A DNA stretch of 64,000 bases, taken from positions 92,722,375 through 92,786,374 of the forward strand of contig NC_068985.1 in assembly GCF_001194135.2 (NCBI RefSeq), read 5' to 3'. The number at the start of each line of letters is the position of its first letter. Positions within the stretch are counted from its first letter, which is position 1. Positions 53,597-64,000 of this stretch are shown here, in pieces. Made by a program: the position numbers and the translations under genes. This stretch comes from Octopus bimaculoides. Taxonomy: Eukaryota. Under the pieces are notes generated by a model. That model was not told the DNA's origin, searched no databases, and was given only the letters and a program-made list of their open reading frames with translations.

Positions 53597-54990
53597 CTGG
53601 AATAATAAACTTGACAGCATTAATGGATTATTTTCTGACATTAAATTCTGCTTGTTCATGAAATGATAGCCAATATAGTTTCTTCTTTTTTTTGCATGTT
53701 CTTAAACCAAATTGGATTGTTTTTTTTCTTGCTATCCCTAAACCCTTAGAAAAATCCTTAATATTTTTTTCCCCTTACTGATTCTGAAACTTTCATGACA
53801 TTCAGCAAAACCATTTAAAACTCTTTATCGAGGAAAAACATTGACATTTGGTAGAGTTAATCAAATTCCTACACTTTAAGCCTGTTACTTATGAAGTGTT
53901 ACAAAATTTGTGTCACAAATTATTGTTTATGAGTTCCAGTAAAAAATGTGTTTCTTGTCGCTCTGATATACAGGCGTAAGAAGCAGCACCCTAAAATTGA
54001 TAAAGTATTTGTTGGCTTACTGCGTTGAATTTAATTCTTCTCATTGTATGGCTTCAGCTTAATGTCTATATTTCACCATTATACCCAAGTGTAAAATGGA
54101 ATTAGGTATGATCTCTAACAGAAAGATATGTAAATGAATTTTTTTTCTCGATATGACAAAAATATAAGAAATGTGATTAGTATATTCATTATATATTCAT
54201 TGGTTGTGTCAAGTTATCCTATTTTATTGATATTTCTCATTCTTACTTAGGCTGTGGATGATGGAATTGAACAAAATGCAGGATTTATTTAAATCCTTTT
54301 ACTTTCCAAGTTCAAATCCAACCTAGATTGATTTTGTACAGCAATCTTCCTCAGTTGTTAACTGAGGGCCATCGAATTATTTGGCTTAATAAAAATCACC
54401 TACTCTCCTTGTTAAAATGTGTACTCTTTTCTTATTGTTACAAGTAGTAACAATAGCAGCAAAGCATATATTTGCTGTCTAGGGTACTAGTTCAACACAG
54501 ATGACATTTTCCTGAAGTCATATATTCTTTGTGGGGAGTTAAACTTAAACACATTCAATTGTTTGCTGATTAGAAAAGTTTAGAAACACTTAATTTTAAC
54601 TTTGTACCCATAAACTACTCATTACATAACCAATTGGTTAAAAGGAAGCCAACATACTTCTATTGGTGAAATTTCTTCTGGTCAGAAGCAATATAATTGC
54701 AAGATTGAGAATCAGTATTATCTGTGAGAAATATTTCCCTGCAATTTGGCATTTGTTTTAATTGGTCTAAGTAGAAAATTTGCCTTTATATCTATTATTG
54801 TGTTAGTAAAAATGAAGTAGTTACTCAGTTTGTTTTATCTGCTTGCTGAACACAGAAAATGAAAACCATCAATCATTAAAGAGTTGCTACTGAATTTGTA
54901 GTTTTATAATTTCTATCCACCCGATAAAAAGATAGGGTACCTAAAACAGCAATACCTAATACAGTTCTATATTTAAGAGATACGGAATTA

Positions 54991-55133
54991 TGTACATTAT
55001 TTACATTTGACGGATGTTTGTCCTCATCTTGTTTGTTGTTAACACAACGTTTCAGCTGATATACCCTCCAGCCTTTATCAGGTGTCTTGGGGAAATTTTG
55101 AACCTGGGTTCTCATTCCTAAAGTATTTTTCGA

Positions 55134-55168
<35 letters not shown>

Positions 55169-55410
55169 TCACTGCTTGGAATCGAATTTGGAATCATGGG
55201 ATTAGTAGCCTGCACTCTTAACCACTATGCCATATGCCCGAGGGCATAATAATAATAATAATGACATTGAAAAATACCGTGGGAATGAGAACCCAAGTTC
55301 GAAATTTCCCCAAGACACTGGATGAAAGCTGGAGGGTATATCAGCAGAAACGTTTGTGTTAACAATAAACAAGATGAGGACAAATATCTGTCAAATGTAA
55401 ATAATATACA
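54991..55410. mobile_element. Fold-back composite element: about 170-bp inverted arms around a tRNA-derived head
   Basis: 54991-55164 is the imperfect reverse complement of 55246-55410; loop 55165-55245 reads GGCATAGTGG...AATTCGATTCC on the minus strand (A/B box-like). Confidence 0.85.
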
Positions 55411-55734
55411 GCAATGCCTAGTTTGAAGATGAATTCAAAGTAAATGTTTACCTGAATTTCATATTCTGTCAACTTAAGCAATTTTCTTTTTTTTTTCTTT
55501 TTTTTTTTGTGAACAATATGAACAAATTACATGTAAGTTTGCTATTCTAGATACAAATAGCTTAATCAATGGTTATTATTGCAGATTAATGATTGATGGA
55601 AATCAGTACATTAAACAAAACAATAAGAATATTGTAACAGATAATTTACAAATTTTCCTGGGCCAGAAACGCTGTAGGGGGTACTTGGCACAGTTGACCA
55701 AATTGATTAAGTACTTATTACTATTATTATTATG

Positions 55735-55800
55735 ATTATTATTATTATTCAGGTCATTGTCTGGAATCGAACTCTGAATCTTGGGGTCAGTAGCCTGTGG
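55735..55800 (-). mobile_element. Partial second copy of the tRNA-derived head of the fold-back element
   Basis: (ATT)n-CAGGTCATTGTCTGGAATCGAACTCTGAATCTTGGGGTCAGTAGCC matches 55160-55210. Confidence 0.7.
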
Positions 55801-56429
55801 GCATTCTGTATTTATTTGATCATCTTTTTATGATGCAAGGCATATCTGAGGTGAGACTCACAAAGAAAACTTCAGTAAGGATTTATTCCTGTCTGTCATT
55901 GTTTCTACCATAGATAAGAGTATAGTTGACTCTGAATCTCATAATAAATATGATATTTAATATTTGTGTTTGGAAAATATTTCTTGTAAATGAATATAGA
56001 TTATAAGTAATGCCTATCCTTCTTAGAGAAATGCTAATATAAAATAACAGCTTTAGGAACTGAAAAAGTACCAATATCTGGCCTTTGTGTTATCTGTAAG
56101 GAAGAATGGATCGTGAGATTGTTCCGATTGTGATATTTGAATATTTATGTTGGAAGAAAAGTCATTAAGATAATTATGGAAAAAAGACTTGTGGAAGAAG
56201 TGTATAAGCTTAGAAACATTGCAGTCTGGATATTGATTAGGCTAAACCTACTTGTAAAGTGATCACAACTTCTTGGTCGCTTGTATTCTCTTGCCAGTTT
56301 TAGACCTTATGATAATACTAATTATAAAAGGATTTATTGCTGGAGAAATTTTATATTTAGTGAAAAAGTATTCATTACACATAAAACTCAGATCCTGTGA
56401 TATATCACCTTTTAATGCACTACTATATT

Positions 56430-57950
56430 AACATGATTTTCAGCCTTTGACAACAAACAAAACTGCAGAGGTCAATAGCAAACACTCTACATCTTTTCCA
56501 CTACCTCATGAAGGCCTTTGATGGTATGTGCAGAGATAAGATAGGATATTCTTTGAGATTATGCAAGATGGTGCAGTCATTCCCCATAGACATGAAACGT
56601 GTTACTCAGTTTGATGGCCCTTACTTTAAACCCTTCATAATTTCCAGCTGAGTGAAAGTGGGTTGTGCCTACCCCAACTCTGTTTGACATCATCTTTGCT
56701 GTCATGCTGAAGCACACCTTTGCATCATCAACTGATGGCGTTTATCTTCATACAAGATCAAATGAGTAAACTCTTCAGTTTGTTTCTCCTAAGGGCAAAA
56801 TCCAAAGTATGAAAAATAATCATGGGGACATGGTCTTTGTAGATGATGTGGTATTCATGGAAGAGCAACTGCAAAGCTTCATGGGCATTCTTAAAGAGCT
56901 TGTTGAGATTTCAGCTGTCTGAAGAAGACTAAAGTGTTTCTTGCCCAAGATGTTGAGCGTCCCCCACCATTGCCATCAACAACTGTGAAATGTAGGCAGT
57001 TAATGAATTTACAGTCCACCATCAGGGCAATTTCTCTCTGGAGTCTGACATGACATATTGGAAATGCAGCTTCAACACTAGCTAGGCTGACAAAAGGGTG
57101 GGAGAGAGTTAACAGTGCATACCATGGTTGCAGTCTACAGAACTTGTATGAGAGGTCAAAACCTGGAACATCTATTCTGGACAAATGCAGTTTGTCCTTC
57201 AATGCTTTTCACCTATGCAGCCCAGAATGGATCATGAGCATCAAGTGGACTGACTTAGTCACCAACAGTGAGCTCCTGCCTCACATCTGCATAATCCAGC
57301 CTCCTCACCCTACTGTACAAATGTTGCCTCCACTTGCTAGGTCATGTACATCACTTGTTAGATGGGAGAATCCCAAAATCTTGCTATATGATACCTCTGG
57401 AAAGTGAATACAAGAACAACACCTTCATTTTAAAAATGAAAAGTTTCTTTACATGGATATTGGAAAGCAGGATGTTGTTTCTGATGATTGCAGCTACTGG
57501 AGATTGAAACTAGACAAGGGTTTAACCATTTTGTATTTAAACCAGCCATACCTGGCCAGAATATTCTGCCTGTTTTATGCTCAAACCGGCCAGATCTGGC
57601 CTCACTGACCTTATTATACATACTAAAACTGAACAGTCACATCATTGAAATCTTGAAGGTACAAAATATTGTATGAATAATTCATAACAAAATGAATATA
57701 TAAGCATTGCATTTGACAGATTAACTTGGATGCTAAAGAGTTGAAAAGACAAGAAGAAAATTTGTGGTTTGGTTATCAAGAAAAGCCAAATCGACAGAGG
57801 AATAGCACCCGAGTTAGACTGGCAGGCTGCCTTCAAGTGTATTCACTGCAGCCAGGATTGTTACTCGCATGGCAATCTGTTACAGCATGCACTGATGCAC
57901 TGTTCTGCTACAAGATTGGAACAAGACTTTCTAGTTGCAGATTCTTAGTC
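56430..57950 (+). mobile_element. Decayed RTE/BovB-like LINE: RT domain to C-terminal zinc-finger-like motif
   Basis: Degenerate translations give KAFD, GC.YPNSV/PTLF-like, TDGVYLHTRS..KLFS, FVDD, KKTKV, IGNAASTLARL and terminal AFKCIHCSQDCYSHGNLLQH, as in RTE-BovB ORFs; many stops and frameshifts. Confidence 0.85.
57522..57744. mobile_element. TTAA-flanked MITE (piggyBac-type) nested in the BovB-like LINE
   Basis: Starts TTAACCATTT, ends CTAAAGAGTTGA (degenerate TIR AAAGGG plus TTAA); removing it restores LINE frame D-K-G-L-K-R-Q-E-E-N-L-W. Confidence 0.8.
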
Positions 57951-58324
57951 TCACAAAACTAATGGATGCTGCCATATATAATAATATTAATTATAATGGC
58001 TTTATTGTATTCAATGAAGAAAGAATTCATTATTCTGAAGATTCAAATCTCTGCAATCTATTTCATTTTAATGCAGTATATTTGTAATATTTTCTTCTAA
58101 TATAGCCAGATAAACTGGATTAGTATTTAATAAGTAACAAATTGAATTAAATAGTTTTAATTTTTGTTCATTGCATTATAAAGAAAAGATGTAATTATTT
58201 GTAAATAGCAGAAAACAAATTGTGATTTTAATGTTTTTATGGTAGAAAAACTGGATCTGCTAAGTGGAAAAAAGAAAATAGAAATAAACTGTGTTTATTT
58301 TATTTATGAAGCCTAAACATCAGT

Positions 58325-58425
58325 ATCATTGTTGTAACGTCCACTTTCCCATACTTGCATGGGTCAGATGGAATTTGCTGAGGCTGATTTTCTATGAGTG
58401 GATGTCCTTTGTTATCAAACTGAAC
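58325..58425 (-). mobile_element. Family A-related tail variant
   Basis: ATCATTGTTGTAACGTCCACTTTCCCATACTTGCATGGGTCAGATGG. Confidence 0.6.
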
Positions 58426-58526
58426 TTTTCCCTGTTATTACCTGTTATGGCGGGGTTACTGAAACCTGATAAAATTTTCTTGCTGCAGTGTATGTAGCAC
58501 AAATTGAGGTACTTTGTATACACTGA

Positions 58527-58529
<3 letters not shown>

Positions 58530-58603
<74 letters not shown>

Positions 58604-58648
58604 TATATTTTATATTATATTATATTATATTATATTATATATATATAT
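58530..58648. repeat. (TA)n plus (TATAT)n compound microsatellite
   Basis: Direct. Confidence 0.95.
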
Positions 58649-61396
58649 AGCTTTCGTAATTTTGCTGTTTCTGTTTTGGTTTTACAATTTACTTTTAAAT
58701 CATTTCAGTGTTGGTAAAATAGTAAACAACCTTGAGCAATACAATGCTATGAGCTCAGCTATGATTTTATATTTGTACATAGAGAATATAATAAACATTT
58801 AATGTATCGTCACTGCCATTGAAAATGTAACATTTTAATGATTCAAATTCTTCATTGCACATTAGTTAACTATTATAAAAGCTGTAACTTATACCATTTC
58901 AGAATGACCACATACTGATATCTAGAAAAATGGGTAACATAGAGTTCTCGTGTTTAACGCACACTCATTTGTTTGAGGAGATATGGCTGGGAGTGTGTAT
59001 TATACATGAATAAATATAGCAGTATAATGGTCTCTGCTCATCCAGTGGCAAAGAATGTTTGTTAGAGATGGATTTAATTTTAACATCATTTTAAAAGCAG
59101 TAAACATAGAAACACTCTTACTCACTCACTCACTCCAAAGTAAAAGATATTTTCAGAAGGTGTTCTTTTGTAAGAATTAAATTTGAAAGTATTGCAAAAT
59201 GAACTTTTGAGCCATATTTCATAAGATGAAACATAATACAACTTGCCTTAAAAGTGGGCGTTAAAGTATTTGATGTAATTGTATTGTTAGAACAAGAACG
59301 CCAAGATTATAAACACATTCAGTAATGAATCTAATTACTAACTTACCTACCTGGTTCAGTTATCCTACCCCTTACACTATCTGATAATGTGTATATATTT
59401 GAACATCCATATTAATTTTTATCGCACACATCCTAGTTTTAATTAACGAGTCAGTGTGAGAGATAGTGAAAAGTCGAAATTACCAGTACTAATATTAACA
59501 GGTTAATTCTTGGGTTATATATAGCCATGTTAGTCACAGAAAGATCATTGTTGACGTGGAATATATTTCAGAATTAATTTTGGTAACAGTAAACAGTTAA
59601 AGCTTCCATTGATGATATCACAGTATTTTGTAATATTAGTAAACTGCAGACAATAAAGAATACTTGAGAAGAACATGAGGTGAATTTAGTTGCTTTATAC
59701 AAAGTACAAACATGTTGCTACATGAAATATGAATTAGAAGTATAATATCAACATGTTTGACTACTGGAGAGGTACTGTAAAATTAAATCCAAGAAGATAC
59801 AGATATCTTAGAACTTGCTGAAATGGTAGCTATATGTAAGTATCATTTAGAAAACAGAAAATATATGCACAACAGAAATATTTCAGCTCGACTCCATAAG
59901 CTCATAAAACTGAGAACATTGGTGGAATGGAAATAAGCTGCTAAAATATCTGAAAGAAAATTAGAAGTTGGGAGCTACTGGTTATTTTTAATGGCTTGAA
60001 GTCACAGTCATTCAAAAGTATTTAAAAACACTTGATTGCTATGATAAGGTAAAATGAGATTGCAACAACTGTCAGATTTATTACTATCTGGTGATGTACT
60101 GATGCAGAATACCTGGAGCAAAGGTAGGCTAAGAAAGATTTCGGACGAAATTCTTTGATCTGTGCTTAGAAAGTTAGATGAAGTTATATAGTAACAAATG
60201 TACTTGCATTATAAGTGAACTGTTTTGCTTTTGTGTCTATATGCTAAACATCCAGTTTTCCCAATGTTAGCTTGGATCAAATGAGACTATATGTTACACA
60301 AACATACAATGTTGCTCCCTCTTCTCACATATTGCTACCCCAGTTGCTTTGTTTTCCAATTGTCCCCTCAGATTGTCACAGGCATATATAAGTGTGATTG
60401 ACCCTTTAGAAAACATGCCCAGTTACTATGTATCCATATGGTGTGGACTTGACCAGTTGCATTATAAGCTAGTTGGTGTGGAGAGAGTGCTGGTACAATG
60501 GAGAGAACATTTAGTCCTCTTTGTAGAGCTGTAATCTCATACTGTTTTTGTGTGTATGTATGTTTTGCTTTCAGTAACATAATTTCGTTTTGTTGTTCAA
60601 TTAATATAGAATATAGATATGGAGGGAGGGGTGTTAGTGAAACATGCCTCATAGCTTCACTTTTTGGTGAAAAAGTACTCCGTTATAAGAATAGGCAATT
60701 ATCTTGTGCCTGCACTCATTTCAGATTTTATATTAGTAAGATAATTATCTATAATCATCTGAAATATAACTAATTGATTATTTTGGTGACCAATCTCAAA
60801 CCTATTTTTCACTCAACTTCATTGTACATTCTCATAATTTTTCTGTTTATATCTTTTTAAGTGTTAGAATCACTAGAGGGAAAGAGCTGTTATAATTTTT
60901 CTTACATATAAATATTTTTTATATGTATATCTTCTGATAGTTTGGAAATGTATCTTGCTATTTATATTTTTAAAGATTCAAATATTTAAGAATAGTTTTC
61001 TTTAAAAAAAGTTAACATTATTATTTATTAACATTTAGTAAAGTAATTTTTCATTTTATAATATTTAGTAAAATTTTATGTTTAAATCAAATTTTATTCT
61101 GACATTCTTTTTTTACATCATGTTTAAATGAATCTAACAATCTTAGTAATTTAGATATTTAAATAATGGTAAAGTTTTCTGAAAAGAAAATACATAGTTA
61201 CTTCCAATTTTTACTTCAGTAGATGGAAAAAAAAAAAGAAAAACCCCTAAAGAATCTAATCAAGAATACTTGGAAAACTATATCTCCATTTAAATAAAGC
61301 CAGGTATTAAAAAAGTAAAATTAATTGTAATTGGATTGATGAATGGTGGCTTTCTTGTACCTGCAATTTGGCACAACAATAGAATGATGAGTTGTG

Positions 61397-61775
61397 GGGT
61401 GGCTGTGTGGTAATAGTTTTCTTACAAACCACATGGTTCCAGGTTGAGTTCCACTGCATGGCATTTGAGCAAGTGTCTTCTACTATAGCCTTGGGCTGAC
61501 CAAAGCCTTGTGAGTGGATTTGGTAGACGGAAACTGCAAGAAGCCTGTCGCATTTATGTATACATGTGTGTGTGTGTGTGTGTGTTTGTCCCCCTAGCAT
61601 TGCTTGACAACAGATGCTGGTGTGTTTGCATCTCCGTAACTTAGTGGTTCGGCAAAAGTGACCAATGGAATAAGTACTAGGCTTACAAAGAATAAGTTCT
61701 GGGGTCCATTTGCTTGACTAAAGGTGATGCTCTAGCATGGCCACAGTCAAATGACTGAAACAAGTAAAACAAAGA
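61397..61775 (+). mobile_element. Family B SINE, full length
   Basis: Same architecture as the 11784 copy. Confidence 0.9.
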
Positions 61776-62844
61776 TATGTATATTTGTGTGTGTGTGTGT
61801 CCGGCTCTTGTTGGCAGTGAAGGCTATCAGGGAACAGTAATTTATACTTTTTGTATTTCATTTGAATCTGATGTTCTTACAGATTTTATATTCCGTAATT
61901 ATTTGCTCAATAATTTATCTTAGATTGTTTAAGTTAATAAGTCAATCATGCATTTTCTCAGCTACTTTCTTTGTTATAAAGTAAGACATTTTTTTTTGAG
62001 GTTGTTGTGTTGTGCTTTAAGTACTTATTATAAATTTGCATTTAGAAAGGACTCCGAAACATAATCACTGGATGAACCTTAATGAAAGCTCAGTCAGTGC
62101 TCAGGGATGCAACCAGTTTAGCAGTAAATGATATTTAAATTTATAACTGTAGAAGGATATTAATTTATTATTTAGATTGGAGTATTGTAATTATAAAATC
62201 TTCAGCTTCTTCTATCATAATTGTCAATTAAATGTTCTATCACTTTGAATTCTGTTTCTGAAAATTTGGCATTTTCATTTGGAAATTGAAGGTTTAAAAG
62301 CATTACTTGCTATTTAGGTTTGAATAACTAATGTAATGTAAATAAGTCATTGTATGGAACTTCAGCTTTGGGAAGCCTGTCATTGTTAGTGGACAGCTAG
62401 CTAGGTTTAATCTCTAAATTTAGCACAGAACCATATGTGCTTCGATAGCTTATGTGATTTTATAGGAGATCAATACTAAAATTTAATAGAAAGTTTCTCT
62501 ACCTTATCAAATGGTGAATTATCTGTACTTTGATTTGTTTTGAGTATGAATTGGACTGGTAAGATGAACCAAGAGAGAAAGTTTACTGATTAATTCCAAA
62601 GCATCAATCAGATATCTTTCTTTTTATTAATTCCTTATGAAAGTGAAATTTAGATTACTTACTTGTTTTGATATAGAGTCATTCATGATGATCAGACATT
62701 TGTTTTTAATTTCCCAAAATTAAATGGAATAATTTTCATTAACATATATATTATAGAATGTGATATATACTTTATCGTTATTAATAAGACTTTGATTAAT
62801 TTTTTTAGCTTTTATAAATTTGCTTTTCATCTCATAAGATATAA

Positions 62845-63160
62845 CAGTTCACTGTTGGACAACCTTCTTCATGTTTATTCTTGTCTGCTGCCATTCTTGT
62901 ACTTCTCTTTATTTCCTTGATGTATTCTTCACTGTTGTCCTTCTTTCTCCTTTTCTGTCACATCTGCCATAGCTCTTTTTTGCCCATTTGTTGTCCTTTG
63001 TTCTATCAAAATTATCTCTCCAGTTTCACTTTGTTTTCTGTTACTTTTTGAAGTGTATCTCGAATACTTGCCATCTTCTCTTTATATATGTAATTCTATC
63101 TTTCATCAAAATATTCAGCATTCTTCTTTCCATTGCAACTTTGCTACTGTTCCTGCAAAT
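62845..63160 (-). mobile_element. RTE-1-like LINE 3' ORF fragment
   Basis: Minus-strand translation VAMERRMLNILMKDRI...KW(N)W...DNKWAK, typical of the RTE ORF C-terminus. Confidence 0.7.
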
Positions 63161-63887
63161 ATGTAATGCCATTCGCATTTATGTTTTGCAATAAAACATG
63201 GCGACAATACCCATTTTTTTTTTTTTTTTGCATATAATTTTCATCAAAAATTTTATAAACCAATATTTATTTTTCTTTGTTGGGATAAACATTATGTGCA
63301 GCAGTATGGAATTCTTAGAAAAATAGATAATCAAATATGCCATCCATCTTATGATGTAATCTTGAAGTTCATGTTTTTCTGTTGATATATGTTTCATTTA
63401 TAAGTGGTTGATAATTTAGAAGATACGATTGAAAAGAATAGAGAATTAATCTCAACTACTTGAGTTTGACACATTTAATTTTTATTTCTCATCTGTATGA
63501 GGTTAAATACTGCTTCACTGTTGCTATTTAAGATGTCTTTCAGAAGTTATTGAAATTTACCCTGAATGGTAGTCTACATTTGATATTTCCTTTGGAAGCT
63601 GTCCAAACTAGTATATTCAGATTTGTTTTACTTAGCAAAAATGCTATCCAATAACAATTGATTAGCTAACCAAGGCATTTCTAAATGTAATTTTACTCTC
63701 AGAGATATCTGAAATGTAATTTAGCTCCTGATATAACTTTATATATTTATTTTATGCATTTATTTATTTATTCATTTATATATTTTCAGATTGATTTAGT
63801 TACTTATTGTTTTAAAATTAACAATTTAATATTTATCCTGCTTTTAGAATTATTTTATAGTTCTATGTATAAAACTATACATAGAAC

Positions 63888-63941
63888 TTGTATAGTTTTG
63901 TAAAGTTTTTTGTATAGTTTTGTATAGTTCTTGTAAAGTTT
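63888..63941. repeat. Imperfect TTGTATAGTT/TTGTAAAGTT tandem array
   Basis: About five 10-12 bp units. Confidence 0.8.
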
Positions 63942-64000
63942 CGCCCTTCTGTATAACATAAGATACTCATGTGATTTGTGCATTTTTTATAATTTAAACA

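Noticed and set aside
54349-54367. Perfect 8-bp hairpin CCTCAGTT-GTT-AACTGAGG
   Set aside because: Short, expected by chance, and within a diverged SINE-like stretch.
55165-55245. tRNA gene
   Set aside because: Only A/B-box-like motifs; no complete acceptor stem, and a second partial copy nearby indicates a repeat head.
57726-57962. 78-aa plus-strand ORF with an apparent acceptor (tttgacag)
   Set aside because: Derived from the MITE end and the BovB-like 3' region.
1-64000. CRISPR array, rRNA or prokaryotic operon
   Set aside because: No regularly spaced repeat-spacer array, no rRNA similarity; sequence is clearly eukaryotic and repeat-rich.

Overview
AT-rich eukaryotic DNA with three N gaps, many microsatellites and dense interspersed repeats. 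The repeat families (tRNA-headed SINEs, (GAT)n-tailed SINE/RTE-type repeats, RTE/BovB and CR1/L2-like LINE relics, a TTAA MITE, Penelope-like repeats) match what I recall from Octopus genomes, so the source is inferred to be an octopod; this is recognition, not a database result. I see no intact, nameable protein-coding gene, rRNA, true tRNA gene or CRISPR array, and most ORF-track entries are chance ORFs, microsatellites or transposon pieces. Two things go beyond ordinary repeats. (1) A series of exon-like segments on the minus strand (about 53.6 kb down to a candidate terminal exon at 2981-3139) has canonical splice signals and protein-like translations, several with in-frame stops; this is best read as a decayed multi-exon gene of unknown identity. 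(2) A fold-back element at 54991-55410 has two inverted arms, each with a degenerate hammerhead-ribozyme-like core, enclosing a tRNA-derived head; similar degenerate cores occur in other repeats. All translations were done by hand and coordinates of diverged repeats are approximate.
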